Source: a virus
Lineage: Duplodnaviria > Heunggongvirae > Uroviricota > Caudoviricetes
Reading direction: 5' to 3' (one strand)
IMG/VR virus record: IMGVR_UViG_3300031344_000003
Span: 38,815-102,814 of that record
DNA: 64,000 nucleotides
A program made the translations under genes and the position numbers. Position 1 is the stretch's first letter, and each line of letters opens with the position of its first letter. The notes below the pieces were generated by a model. It was not told where the DNA came from and searched no databases. It was given only the letters and a program-made list of their open reading frames with translations. Positions 47,247-56,999 of the stretch are shown here, one piece after another.

Positions 47247-47662
47247 GGATACCACCCGTTTCACCCTACGGCCTCATTCAGGAGACGCTGTGGCCCGACG
47301 AATGGTTGATCCTCGTCACCGGCACCATGCTCAATTGCACCACGCGCAAGCAGGTTGAACGGGTGCTGCCCGACTTTCGTTGTCGGTGGCCCACCCCTCA
47401 GGTCTTTGTCACCGCCTCATACGACGACGTCTTTGAGTTGATCAAGCCACTGGGTTTCGGCAACAGGCGCACGGGCAACCTGTTGAAGATGACGCGTGCC
47501 TACCTGATGACCGACTGGCACCACGCCCGTGAACTGCCCGGCGTCGGCGAGTACGGTGCACGCAGTTGGGAGATCTTCTGCTTGGGCGTGTTGGGCACGA
47601 CGCCACCGAAGGATCATGCCTTGCTACAGTATTGGGACTGGGCGGTGACCTTACCGAGCTGA
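47243..47662 (+). CDS. HhH-GPD superfamily DNA glycosylase-like protein
   Basis: LILVTGTMLNCTTRKQVERVLPDF plus helix-hairpin-helix ELPGVGEYGARSWEIFCLG. Confidence 0.45.
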   Translation: MRIPPVSPYGLIQETLWPDEWLILVTGTMLNCTTRKQVERVLPDFRCRWPTPQVFVTASYDDVFELIKPLGFGNRRTGNLLKMTRAYLMTDWHHARELPGVGEYGARSWEIFCLGVLGTTPPKDHALLQYWDWAVTLPS

Positions 47663-48526
47663 CAACGGGCCGATGATCTTGTTGTGCTCGAGGAAGCCAC
47701 GAATGGTGTCGTGGCAGGTGAACAGCGAGATGTCAGGCACGTTCCTCTTGAAGCTGTCGGCGGTGCCGATGAGGTCGCCTGCAGCATTGAAGGCCGGGCC
47801 ACCCGAGTTGCCGAAGAAGACGGCCGCTGACACCTGCACGTAGTCGTGAGGTTTACCTTCATTGTTGGTGTACTCTGACAGGTGCCCCGACACGTAACCG
47901 TGGGTGTATGTCCACCACATGCCCGCCGGCATGCCGATGATGTGAACCTCGTCGCCAGGTGAAGGTGTGGTCGACATCAGGTGAGCAATGGGATGATCAC
48001 CAGGATCCTTGACGCGGATCAACGCTAGGTCATTGTACATGTCGACGGCGATGCACGCGCTGTCATGGTACGTTTGTTGTGAGTCGGCGATGTCGCCGCG
48101 CGTTGAGTATATCACGGGTTGACCCACCGGCGTCCACTCCGTCAACTGAGGAGGCGGTGCCGTCGTCACTCCGTTGATCTGGTCGATCATTTGTTTCAGG
48201 ATCGCCGTCGCGTCGAGCGGTGGCTTAGCGTCGGCGGGCTTGCCGATGTCATCAATGCAGTGTTCGGCCGTCAGGATGACGTTGGCACTGACCCACACGC
48301 CGGTGCAGTAGGAGTGCAGCTTGGCACCGCGCCCTGCGTTGATCGGCTCGATGACGTTGCCCTCACTGTCGGCGTAGTGTACCAGGGCGACGGTCTCATA
48401 CTCCAGTTGGGCGATCATCTCGGCATGTGTCAATGGAGGTGGTGTAGCAATGGTGATGTAGTGGTAGGCATGTGTACAGCAAGCGGGTAGAAAGGCAATG
48501 CCCAACCAGGCCAACAACTTCTTCAT
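47651..48526 (-). CDS. secreted trypsin-like (S1) serine protease, lipoprotein
   Basis: Signal plus LPACC lipobox. Catalytic triad contexts LTAEHC, DLALIRV, GNSGGP. Confidence 0.75.
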   Translation of the reverse strand: MKKLLAWLGIAFLPACCTHAYHYITIATPPPLTHAEMIAQLEYETVALVHYADSEGNVIEPINAGRGAKLHSYCTGVWVSANVILTAEHCIDDIGKPADAKPPLDATAILKQMIDQINGVTTAPPPQLTEWTPVGQPVIYSTRGDIADSQQTYHDSACIAVDMYNDLALIRVKDPGDHPIAHLMSTTPSPGDEVHIIGMPAGMWWTYTHGYVSGHLSEYTNNEGKPHDYVQVSAAVFFGNSGGPAFNAAGDLIGTADSFKRNVPDISLFTCHDTIRGFLEHNKIIGPLSAR

Positions 48527-48634
48527 TCACTGCACCTCTGATCTATACTATGGCGTCTCGTGCGCACCTACACCACATTGTCACCGGGATGTAACACAAT
48601 GAACGGGGAGCGTGTACGGGTGTGATGTCATACA

Positions 48635-48645
48635 GTAGAGTGTTG
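48635..48645 (+). promoter_or_regulatory. GTAGAGTGTTG motif 15 nt upstream of ATG 48660, in the divergent intergenic region
   Basis: Shares the 10-mer TAGAGTGTTG with 63445-63455 and TAGAGTG with 31691/31719. Confidence 0.25.
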
Positions 48646-48659
48646 AATGGAGCACTACA

Positions 48660-49514
48660 ATGCCAGAGGGACCTGAACTTCGAAAAAGTCGCGATGACCT
48701 ACAATTCTTGGTCGGTCGCTACATCACCCGCGTTGAGGCGGTGGGCGGACGCTATGCGAAGGTGCCGCCCGTTGGTCTCAACGACTTCACTGGCTCAAGC
48801 AAATGTGCCGAGTGCCTCTACCTGAAGGAGTACGGTCGCATCGAGGAAGTCGAGGTCAAGGGCAAGTTCATGTGGTGGAGCATTCGAGCGGCGTGGTCGC
48901 TGTGGTGCACCTACGGCATGACGGGCAGGTGGAGCACCACCCGAGACGATAAGCACTGTGCTGTGGTGCTGACCCACCGTGGTGCTGCAGGCGACGAGGC
49001 CTGCGTCTACTTCAATGATCCACGGCACTTCGGCACCCTGAAGTTCGTCTATGACCGTGACGGCGACAAGACGCAGGCCAAGCTCGACGCGCTGGGTCCC
49101 GACATGTTGGGCTCACCGCCGGCCCCTGAACAATTCATCGCCCGGCTGGGCAAGAAACCCAATCGCACCCTGGCCGAGGCGCTGATGGACCAATCTGTCG
49201 TCTCGGGAGTGGGCAATTACGTCAAGGCCGAGGGCCTCTACATGGCCGCACTATCGCCACACCGCACCGTCGCCGAGTGTTCGGTCGCCGAACTGATGCA
49301 CTTGGGCACGCGGTTGACCCAGGTCATGATGGAATCGTACACGTCTGGTGGCGCGACGATCAGCACCTACCGCACCGTCGACGGCACCAAAGGTGGGGCG
49401 CAGCGACGCTTTGCGGTGTATGGTAATATGACGGACCCGATGGGTCACCCGGTGATCAAAGAGGCGACCAAGGACGGGCGCACTACCCACTGGTGCCCGG
49501 CGATCCAAAAGTGA
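48660..49514 (+). CDS. Fpg/Nei-family DNA glycosylase
   Basis: N-terminus MPEGPEL (Pro2/Glu3). GVGNYVKAEGLYMAALSP. C-terminal zinc finger ...HWCPAIQK. Confidence 0.7.
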   Translation: MPEGPELRKSRDDLQFLVGRYITRVEAVGGRYAKVPPVGLNDFTGSSKCAECLYLKEYGRIEEVEVKGKFMWWSIRAAWSLWCTYGMTGRWSTTRDDKHCAVVLTHRGAAGDEACVYFNDPRHFGTLKFVYDRDGDKTQAKLDALGPDMLGSPPAPEQFIARLGKKPNRTLAEALMDQSVVSGVGNYVKAEGLYMAALSPHRTVAECSVAELMHLGTRLTQVMMESYTSGGATISTYRTVDGTKGGAQRRFAVYGNMTDPMGHPVIKEATKDGRTTHWCPAIQK

Positions 49515-49523
49515 ACCCCAACC

Positions 49524-49760
49524 ATGCATGACAACATCATCTCCTTCATCAGATCACTGTCACAGGGTCGTTGCTCGTGCTACCAGATCGGTGGCAGCCT
49601 GAGCATCGGCACCTATGACCCATTGACGGGTGCTGAGACGCCGTTCAAGTCAACGCCCGGGACGACGATCAAGTGCCAGCGTTGCAAGGCGAGGGCGATG
49701 CTCGAGGCCGATGGCATTGAGTACGAAAAGGTCGATCACTTGCCGGTGTACACGACGTGA
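49524..49760 (+). CDS. hypothetical small protein
   Basis: ORF only. Confidence 0.3.
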   Translation: MHDNIISFIRSLSQGRCSCYQIGGSLSIGTYDPLTGAETPFKSTPGTTIKCQRCKARAMLEADGIEYEKVDHLPVYTT

Positions 49761-49776
49761 GAGAAAGAACTACACC

Positions 49777-50568
49777 ATGACCAAGCCCAACAAGACCGAG
49801 ATCATCTTCGTCGTCGACCGCAGTGGATCGATGAGCAACATTGCCGTGGCCATGAGCGCCGGCTTTGACGAGTTCATCAACAAACAGAAGTCAGTGCCGG
49901 GGGAGTGCCTGGTGACGGCCACACAGTTCGACGACAAGTATGAAGTGTTGTACACCGCGAAGCCGCTGGTCGAAGTGCCGGCCTACGTGCTGGTGCCTGG
50001 CGGCATGACGGCGCTGTACGACGCCATTGCACAGACGATCACCGCGACGGGCACGCGCCTCAATCTGATGCCCGAGACCGAACGTCCGAGCCAAGTCCTC
50101 TTCGTCATCATCACTGACGGCGGCGAGAACTCATCACGAGAATTTGCAGGCGAAGCGGGTCGACAACGCGTGCACAGCATGATCACTCACCAGCGCGCCA
50201 AGTACAGCTGGGAATTCGTGTTCTTGGGCACCAACCAGGACGCCATTGCCACGGGCACCTCGCTCGGCGTCAGTGCGACCAACTCTGTCACCTACGTCTG
50301 TTCGTTGACGGGCAGTCAGAACTTGATGCGTGGGTTGTCGGCAAACGTGGGTGCATACCGCCAGTCGAATCAGGCGACGATGGACAACCTCTACAATCAA
50401 GCGTCGTACGATTCGCTGATGACTGACGATGCGGTTGAACCGCAACCCACCTTGTGGACGGGCCCGATGATAATTCCCGGCGGTGCGGTGCCCAACATCA
50501 CCTGTGCGCCGACGATCCTACCGGGCACCACAATTGGCACTGTCACCGTCAATCCGCCTAAGCGTTGA
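49777..50568 (+). CDS. von Willebrand factor A (vWA) domain protein
   Basis: MIDAS motif VVDRSGSM. TALYDAI. FVIITDGGEN. Confidence 0.65.
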   Translation: MTKPNKTEIIFVVDRSGSMSNIAVAMSAGFDEFINKQKSVPGECLVTATQFDDKYEVLYTAKPLVEVPAYVLVPGGMTALYDAIAQTITATGTRLNLMPETERPSQVLFVIITDGGENSSREFAGEAGRQRVHSMITHQRAKYSWEFVFLGTNQDAIATGTSLGVSATNSVTYVCSLTGSQNLMRGLSANVGAYRQSNQATMDNLYNQASYDSLMTDDAVEPQPTLWTGPMIIPGGAVPNITCAPTILPGTTIGTVTVNPPKR

Positions 50569-50602
50569 GTGGCGGTGTAAAACGCCCGGTTGTGGGCTTA
50601 CA

Positions 50603-50824
50603 ATGGAGTTCATGACCAAGGAAGAGTTTCTCGAGCACGTGAGAGACGCCATCGACAATGTCAACTCGCCCGGTGGTGAGTATGCTGCCTTCATTGTTGA
50701 AGGGGAGCAAAATGCTCGCAACATGGCACAGCACGATCCCGTGCTCGGCCAGAAGGTCACCCGCGTCGTCGAGGCCATGAAAGACCTCGGCACCTACCTC
50801 AAACACCGCGGCGAATCTCAATAA
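50603..50824 (+). CDS. hypothetical small protein
   Basis: ORF only. Confidence 0.3.
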   Translation: MEFMTKEEFLEHVRDAIDNVNSPGGEYAAFIVEGEQNARNMAQHDPVLGQKVTRVVEAMKDLGTYLKHRGESQ

Positions 50825-50835
50825 CACGTCTCGTC

Positions 50836-51036
50836 ATGGAGGATGCACTCACAGTACGAGCGTGCCTCAACTTGCTGCGTGCAGGTCACAAGCGCCTCGT
50901 CAGGAACACCCTCCGAAATAAGGGTACCGTCGTGCTTGAAGCCTGTGGTACCCGTTTGATCACCCCCGAAGAAGCGACGACGTTATTCATGTTACAGCGC
51001 ACTCCCTGGTACGTGAGAGTGTGGTGGGTCAAGTAA
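50836..51036 (+). CDS. hypothetical small protein
   Basis: ORF only. Confidence 0.25.
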   Translation: MEDALTVRACLNLLRAGHKRLVRNTLRNKGTVVLEACGTRLITPEEATTLFMLQRTPWYVRVWWVK

Positions 51037-51051
51037 CCATTCAAGAGAGGA

Positions 51052-52014
51052 TTGTCCATGTTGAACCGTAGTTTTACGATCGTGGCACTGTTGGGCACGT
51101 TGGCCTTCAATGCAGGCTGTTCGAGCCAAGACGTGCCGCCTGCACACAAGGGGCGCATGTTCGAGAAGACGGGCATGTTGAAGTTCTACACCGGAGGCAA
51201 GGGGTTTGATGGGCCAGTGTTGGGCCCGGGCACCTATTTCACCGGCGTGTATCCCGAAGTCAGGATCGTCGATTGCTCGACGCGGACGTTCAAGGAACCC
51301 ATGACGTCGATGACGAAGGACGGCGTCCAATTCGCGCTCGATGTCTACATCACCGTCAGTGCCAACTGCGACAATGATCAGGCCACCGAGATCCTGCTCA
51401 ATAAGCTGGCCCCCACGGGCAAAGTCGACGCACCGAACCCGGGTGCCGGTGCAGGTAACGGCGTTCCCGACGAGAAAGATCCCGTTGAGACTGATGCTGA
51501 CCGTGCCATCACTTCGAGGCAGGTGTACAGCACCTTCGTGCGCCCCGCGTTGGGCGAAGCGGTGCGGCAGGCGATCGCCAGCTACGACGCCAACGACATC
51601 AACTCCCACCGGGAAGAACTGTTCGGCCGCATCAAGACGAAGCTCGACTCTGACCTGAAGGGTTCACCATCGCTGGTCACCGTCGTCAACTTCAACCTGT
51701 CCAACTTCAAGCTGCCCGATGAGATGGCCAACGCCGCCGCCGACCGAGCGACACAACAGGTGCTCCGCGACAAGTCGGTCGCTGAACAGGAACGCATCAA
51801 GGTTGAGACGGCGACGGCACTGTTGCAGGTCGACAAGACCGCCGCCGAGGCACAAGCTGAAGCACGTAAGATCGATGTGGTCGGTGCTGCGCTGCACCGC
51901 AATCCCGAGTACTACGTCCGCGACGTCTATTACTACGCCGCGGAGCACGGAGGCAGCGTGATGCTACCGACGAATCCCAACGTCATCCTGTCGATGACGC
52001 CCGGACACAAGTAG
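51052..52014 (+). CDS. SPFH (band-7 / prohibitin-like) domain lipoprotein
   Basis: Signal plus FNAGC. SPFH core VQFALDVYITV ... SRQVYSTFVRPALGEAVRQAIASY. Confidence 0.65.
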   Translation: MSMLNRSFTIVALLGTLAFNAGCSSQDVPPAHKGRMFEKTGMLKFYTGGKGFDGPVLGPGTYFTGVYPEVRIVDCSTRTFKEPMTSMTKDGVQFALDVYITVSANCDNDQATEILLNKLAPTGKVDAPNPGAGAGNGVPDEKDPVETDADRAITSRQVYSTFVRPALGEAVRQAIASYDANDINSHREELFGRIKTKLDSDLKGSPSLVTVVNFNLSNFKLPDEMANAAADRATQQVLRDKSVAEQERIKVETATALLQVDKTAAEAQAEARKIDVVGAALHRNPEYYVRDVYYYAAEHGGSVMLPTNPNVILSMTPGHK

Positions 52015-52022
52015 AGAACGCC

Positions 52023-52301
52023 ATGGTCGTCGCCGATGTCATTGCGCTGTTCGTCGTCCTGGGCCTGTTCGGCCTGGGCGGCAAGACGATCTTCTCGGCG
52101 TGGAATTCGTTGCGCGAGCGCCATAAGGAGAAGGTCGTTGACCACGACCGCATGCGGAATGAACTACGTGCTGCTCTCAATTCGCGTGACTACAAGCAGC
52201 TCGAGGACTTTCTCATCGTCTGGGACGCCGACATCAATAGCGTCACCCGAGACGTCATCAGACAACGCATCAACGAACTGATCAGCGAGCACGGGCTATG
52301 A
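52023..52301 (+). CDS. small membrane protein (possible SPFH partner)
   Basis: N-terminal TM. Immediately downstream of the SPFH gene. Confidence 0.35.
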   Translation: MVVADVIALFVVLGLFGLGGKTIFSAWNSLRERHKEKVVDHDRMRNELRAALNSRDYKQLEDFLIVWDADINSVTRDVIRQRINELISEHGL

Positions 52302-52477
52302 GCACCAAGCTCCCCGACGTGGCGTCCGTCTTCCTGCAGCTCGACGCCGCGCTGTGCCTACTGTCGCGCGCCAAGGGTGAGAAGCCGCCGGCACAGTACT
52401 TCGACCAACGCTCAAAGCACGTCTGTCGACTGACGCTCGACGGTCACACTTATCAGTTAGTCATTACCGAAGTCTAG
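52298..52477 (+). CDS. hypothetical 59-aa protein
   Basis: ATGA overlap. Not in the ORF track. Confidence 0.2.
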   Translation: MSTKLPDVASVFLQLDAALCLLSRAKGEKPPAQYFDQRSKHVCRLTLDGHTYQLVITEV

Positions 52478-52485
52478 GAGAGAAC

Positions 52486-52710
52486 ATGATTGATTCGCTA
52501 GGAACACGATGGGTAAAGTGCGTGCGTGCAAGCAACACGCAGGGGCAGCTCCACGTCGGGAACATCTACCATGTGCGCGGTGAGATCGGTGCCTACACCT
52601 ACTTCGATGGAATGCAGGACGGATTTCTCACGCGGCGGTTCGTCGACTGCGATCCACCACCGGCACGAGGTTCGACCTTAAAGTCGAGGAGGGCTCGTGC
52701 CCGACGCTAG
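52486..52710 (+). CDS. hypothetical small protein
   Basis: ORF only. Confidence 0.3.
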   Translation: MIDSLGTRWVKCVRASNTQGQLHVGNIYHVRGEIGAYTYFDGMQDGFLTRRFVDCDPPPARGSTLKSRRARARR

Positions 52711-52933
52711 GGAAGTGCGCGCACCCGATTGCGAAGGTTGGTGGCTACGGGGCAAGGGTGGCTTCAATGTCAAGCTGTTCTTCGTCCAGGGCTTCGACGA
52801 CGGCACGCCTCTCAGCATTTGGGATGAAGACATTGAAGATTTCATCCCGGTGACCAAGTACGTCAAACCCCTAGTACGTTGGTGGGGGCCCATCGTCCAC
52901 ACGTTGAGCGATGAAAAGTTGAGCTCTACATAG
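52697..52933 (+). CDS. hypothetical small protein
   Basis: ORF only. Confidence 0.3.
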   Translation: MPDAREVRAPDCEGWWLRGKGGFNVKLFFVQGFDDGTPLSIWDEDIEDFIPVTKYVKPLVRWWGPIVHTLSDEKLSST

Positions 52934-53329
52934 GGGTGCAAATGAAGTGTTTGATCTACATCGTCGGAACAATGAACATTCTGATCTGGGGGTGGTGAAG
53001 TGCGAAGATCAGCGTTGGTTTTGCACCATCAATGGGGTCAACATTGGGTCGACGTCATCGCTGCGATGCTAGGATTGCCCGTAGAGCTGATGTTCATCGC
53101 AATGAGCGTCTACATCATGTTGCCAGTGGCGAGAGAATGATATGAGGAGCAAACTTACGGCGCCACAGTGTACTGACCCCAACTGCAAGTACAACATACG
53201 TGGCATTCGCCACACGTGTGGACAGTGCAGCTTTTTGTCCGAAGTGAAGTGTGCTTGCTATGAGAAGAACGTGAAACGGGGTCTCAAGGCACATGTTGAC
53301 AATGAGTGACGTGAATGATAGGTTAAGAC

Positions 53330-54094
53330 ATGTGCACCCTCATCGTCCTCAGTGAAGCGATCGATGGTTACCCACTCGTCGTCGCCGCCAATCGCGATGA
53401 GCACTATGATCGGCCTTCGCTGCCGCCTGCAATCACCGGTGATGTCATCTGCCCGCGTGATCTCCACAAGGGTGGCACGTGGCTGGGCGTGGCTCGTGGT
53501 GGCTGGTTCGCCGGGTTGACCAACCAAGTCGACGCCCACCAACCGCACCTGCTGGCGTCACGAGGCCACGTCGTTGATGCTTGCCTCAAGGCCGGCAATC
53601 ACCTGGCCGTGGCCCAATACCTGCAGGGGCTTGATCGTGGCGTCTACAACAACTTCAACCTGGTCTTTGGCAGGCCCGGCGCCATTTTTTTGTGCCGTGT
53701 CTGGGGGCTGCACGCGCTGGAGATGCTCGTGGTGCCTGCAGGAACCAGCGTCTTCACCAATGATTGTTGGGACGGGCAGTTTCAGGCCAAGGCCGAGCGC
53801 GCCCGCGAATTGACCACCCACCTCGCCGGCGCAGTACCGATCCACGACGTCAAGAACGCGTTGTTCGCAGTGCTGTCAGACCACCAACACGGTGACGATC
53901 CTCGTCAATCGATGTGCATCCATGCCGACGGTTGGGGCACTCGTAGCACCTCGATCATCACAGTGTCCAATGAGGGGGCCGTGGAGTACTACTATTCAGA
54001 TGGTGCACCGTGTAGGAGTCCCGGTGTTGCATGTGTGGGCGTTCTATCGATTGATGACGAACTCATCACTGACGCAGACCTGAAGAAACCCTGA
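53330..54094 (+). CDS. NRDE/TANGO2 (DUF833) family protein
   Basis: Starts MCTLIVL and contains the VVAANRDEHYDRP NRDE motif. Confidence 0.6.
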   Translation: MCTLIVLSEAIDGYPLVVAANRDEHYDRPSLPPAITGDVICPRDLHKGGTWLGVARGGWFAGLTNQVDAHQPHLLASRGHVVDACLKAGNHLAVAQYLQGLDRGVYNNFNLVFGRPGAIFLCRVWGLHALEMLVVPAGTSVFTNDCWDGQFQAKAERARELTTHLAGAVPIHDVKNALFAVLSDHQHGDDPRQSMCIHADGWGTRSTSIITVSNEGAVEYYYSDGAPCRSPGVACVGVLSIDDELITDADLKKP

Positions 54095-54268
54095 TGCAGG
54101 ACAACTACTCAATCCACTCGCGGCCCATCACTCACAAGGTCGAGAAGGACGTCGTCATGACGTTGACCAGGGCACAAGCCGACATCCAACGCTTCAAAGA
54201 ACGCTTGGGTTCCAACGTGCTCATCACTCTGACGATCACTGCACACCTACCCACGAGGCCCGTGCTCA

Positions 54269-54952
54269 ATGAAGACAACGCAACAGAGTGACGTCATCGA
54301 ACAAGCCAGCGATCGCCGACACCTGAAGGGTTATGGCAAGAACTTCAAACCATTGGTCGCCGCCGGCTCGTGGGTGATCAGCGGATTCCGTTACGGCAGG
54401 TCGAAGTGTGCCTGTTGTGGGCGACCCATTCACCACGTATTGCAGTTGACCAACGAGAGCCACGACGATTCGATCAAGGTGGGCAAGTTCGACGCGAGCG
54501 GACAGTCATTTTCGAAGACGATCGACATCGGCATTGTCTGCGGGCCCAAGGTCTTCACCGAATCATGCGTCGGCTTCTACGATGACCCTACACGTGAGTG
54601 GGAGCGCCAGATCAAGACGTGGCGCGACTTCATCACCTACACCATTCTCTGCGTCAAGAACGCTGACACTTGGGCGCGGGTACCTGAAGAGATCAGAGGA
54701 GCCATTGACCTCTACCTTGAGAAGGGATACAAGGTTGACTTGCAGCACAGCGGTAAATGGTGTCTCATCAAGGATTGCAAGAAGCGCTATCTCAAGATCA
54801 AGCGCTCGCCCGGGGTGATGCCGCAGGTGCAAGTGCTTCTCATGTATGCGCGCTCGTTGATCAGCGTTGCAAAGCGTCAGGGACTGATCCCACTCAACTG
54901 GAGACTCGGTGACGACATGAACCTGATCAAGGACATCGAGGTGTGCACGTGA
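54269..54952 (+). CDS. hypothetical protein
   Basis: ORF. N-terminus MKTTQQSDVIEQA is weakly CTS-like. Confidence 0.4.
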   Translation: MKTTQQSDVIEQASDRRHLKGYGKNFKPLVAAGSWVISGFRYGRSKCACCGRPIHHVLQLTNESHDDSIKVGKFDASGQSFSKTIDIGIVCGPKVFTESCVGFYDDPTREWERQIKTWRDFITYTILCVKNADTWARVPEEIRGAIDLYLEKGYKVDLQHSGKWCLIKDCKKRYLKIKRSPGVMPQVQVLLMYARSLISVAKRQGLIPLNWRLGDDMNLIKDIEVCT

Positions 54953-55038
54953 GTGCCTCGCGCTCGTGGACTGACCTATTGTTTACCGACAAGGCACCAT
55001 CACCACCATCACCACCATCAACTAGGAAGACAGCTCAC

Positions 55039-56310
55039 ATGGCAGACGACAGTGATTCTAAGTTGATGCACGAATCGACGTCCCTCTATGATGAAGTCAG
55101 GCGTGCCCTGGGCGTCAACCACGTCAAACGAGCCTTTGCGTTGGGCACCGAACTGTTCGGTGCGGCGACTCCATTCCTCGACAAGCCCACGTGGTGGAAT
55201 GCGGCCAAGTCTGTCTTTGCCATGGGCAAAGTGATGGTCGAAGACGTCGAAGTGTACAGCGACGACTACTTCGGGGGTGACGAGTGGACCGAACCCTACA
55301 ATCCTGACTTCAACCAGACGTTGCTCCACGTGCTGCAAAAGTTCCCGTATGAGCGCATCAAGACGGCCGAGGACAACACCTTTGTCAGGTTGGTCACCCT
55401 GCCCAATGGAATCAGGGTGGGATGGACATACACGGGCAAGATGCAGATGGTCGACCACATCTACGTCAAGACCGATCAAGTTGACATGGCGCGCGACTTC
55501 ATCAAGAAGTTGTTGTGGGCTCAATTTGAGGGCAAGTCGCTCGTCATGCGGAAGAATAACCGGGTGATGATGACCGGTGATGAAGCGCGTGTCATCTTTG
55601 AGGTCGACAATGCCTTCGAATCGAAGTTGTCACAGCGCGCGACCGACTACGCCGAGTACCTCAAGAAGCCACTGACGGCAGGGGTGCCGCGGTCGGTGAT
55701 GTTCTATGGCCCACCAGGCACCGGCAAGTCGACGCTGGCGCGGACGATCGTGGAGCTGATGAACCTCAGGTCATTCCGCATCAGGATCGCTGACCTTGGC
55801 GGGCTCGATAACTCCACGTTGTTCGAGGCCATCAACATCTTCGAACCCGACGCCGTCATCCTTGACGACTTTGATCGGGCTAACGGCCAAGCGCAGTTGC
55901 TCGAGACGCTGGAGTTTTTTCAACAGCGCGTCAAGCTGGTCATTGTCACCGTCAACAATAGGATGGAACTTGATGAGGCACTGCTGCGACCGGGACGCAT
56001 TGATGAACTGGTCCTCATTGACAAGATGGACAATGAGGTCGTCAAGCACGTGTTGGGCGACTACGTCGACGGTTTCGACGTGGTGAAGGATTGGCCCATC
56101 GCATTCATTGCAGAATATGTTGTCCGTCGCACCTACCTCTCGGCAGAAGAGGCGGCAACGTCTGTCAAGGAATTGACAGAACGCGTCAATCGTCTCGCAT
56201 GTTATCGTGATGAGAATGACGTGCAGCGGATGGTAAAGTTGATGACCGCGAAGAACAAGAAGGCCAAGCGCAAGACGTTGAATGAGAATGGAGGTAGTGG
56301 CCCTTTTTGA
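55039..56310 (+). CDS. classical-clade AAA+ ATPase (start could be GTG 54943)
   Basis: Walker A FYGPPGTGKSTLA. Walker B ILDDFD. Second region of homology LLRPGRIDE. Confidence 0.75.
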   Translation: MADDSDSKLMHESTSLYDEVRRALGVNHVKRAFALGTELFGAATPFLDKPTWWNAAKSVFAMGKVMVEDVEVYSDDYFGGDEWTEPYNPDFNQTLLHVLQKFPYERIKTAEDNTFVRLVTLPNGIRVGWTYTGKMQMVDHIYVKTDQVDMARDFIKKLLWAQFEGKSLVMRKNNRVMMTGDEARVIFEVDNAFESKLSQRATDYAEYLKKPLTAGVPRSVMFYGPPGTGKSTLARTIVELMNLRSFRIRIADLGGLDNSTLFEAINIFEPDAVILDDFDRANGQAQLLETLEFFQQRVKLVIVTVNNRMELDEALLRPGRIDELVLIDKMDNEVVKHVLGDYVDGFDVVKDWPIAFIAEYVVRRTYLSAEEAATSVKELTERVNRLACYRDENDVQRMVKLMTAKNKKAKRKTLNENGGSGPF

Positions 56311-56354
56311 CGCGCGGCGGGAGGCCGGTACCTGAGTCACACGAACCGCTGGTA

Positions 56355-56576
56355 ATGTCTTTTGATGACGCCGCAGACAACGCACTCAAAGGAGACCTTT
56401 CCGAGGCTGATAAAGATGCCATACGCCAGACACGTCAAAGGCTAAAAGAAGCCGGTTACCATCTCGACCTTAGTGAGCGCGGCTACGGCAAGGTGCCTGC
56501 ACGTCCACACACCAAGCGACTACGTAAAGTCCGTATGAAGGTCAAGCGTCTATTGTCACGGACGACTGATAAGTAG
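56355..56576 (+). CDS. hypothetical small basic protein
   Basis: ORF only. Confidence 0.25.
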   Translation: MSFDDAADNALKGDLSEADKDAIRQTRQRLKEAGYHLDLSERGYGKVPARPHTKRLRKVRMKVKRLLSRTTDK

Positions 56577-56704
56577 TACTATGCAGTCATGGCTCACTTT
56601 CGACACCCCACCCCTGTAAATCACCATTGTGCCTACGCTCACCACGTGTCAGTGCGGTGTCATTGGGATTCAGGCACCCATTAGTCAGAGGTTGCAGGCT
56701 ACTT

Positions 56705-56962
56705 ATGATCTTGATGGCTACACGCAATCCCGGATTCCCTGACCGTACCGAAAAATACACGGAGTTTCAACTCTATGTGGGTCGCGGTAACGTTGTAGTT
56801 GACTTTACTGAGTGCAAGTTGAGGCGATACGCCGCGGCGGCAATCGACCCACAGCAGAAATTGACGCTGTGTGCCATGATCGACGACTACCTCGCTGGTC
56901 ACATTGCCATCGCGTGGAAGCGCGGCGTGCCGATCTGGCTGAAGGTGACCAAGAACGCCTGA
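56705..56962 (+). CDS. hypothetical small protein upstream of groEL (no GroES similarity seen)
   Basis: ORF only. Confidence 0.3.
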   Translation: MILMATRNPGFPDRTEKYTEFQLYVGRGNVVVDFTECKLRRYAAAAIDPQQKLTLCAMIDDYLAGHIAIAWKRGVPIWLKVTKNA

Positions 56963-56999
56963 TTGAACAATCGGCCTAATCAGGTGTATGATTGAGGCC

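Noticed and set aside
56705-56962. Calling the small ORF upstream of groEL a GroES
   Set aside because: It shows no similarity to GroES or T4 gp31 signatures (mobile loop, GD.V.F motifs).
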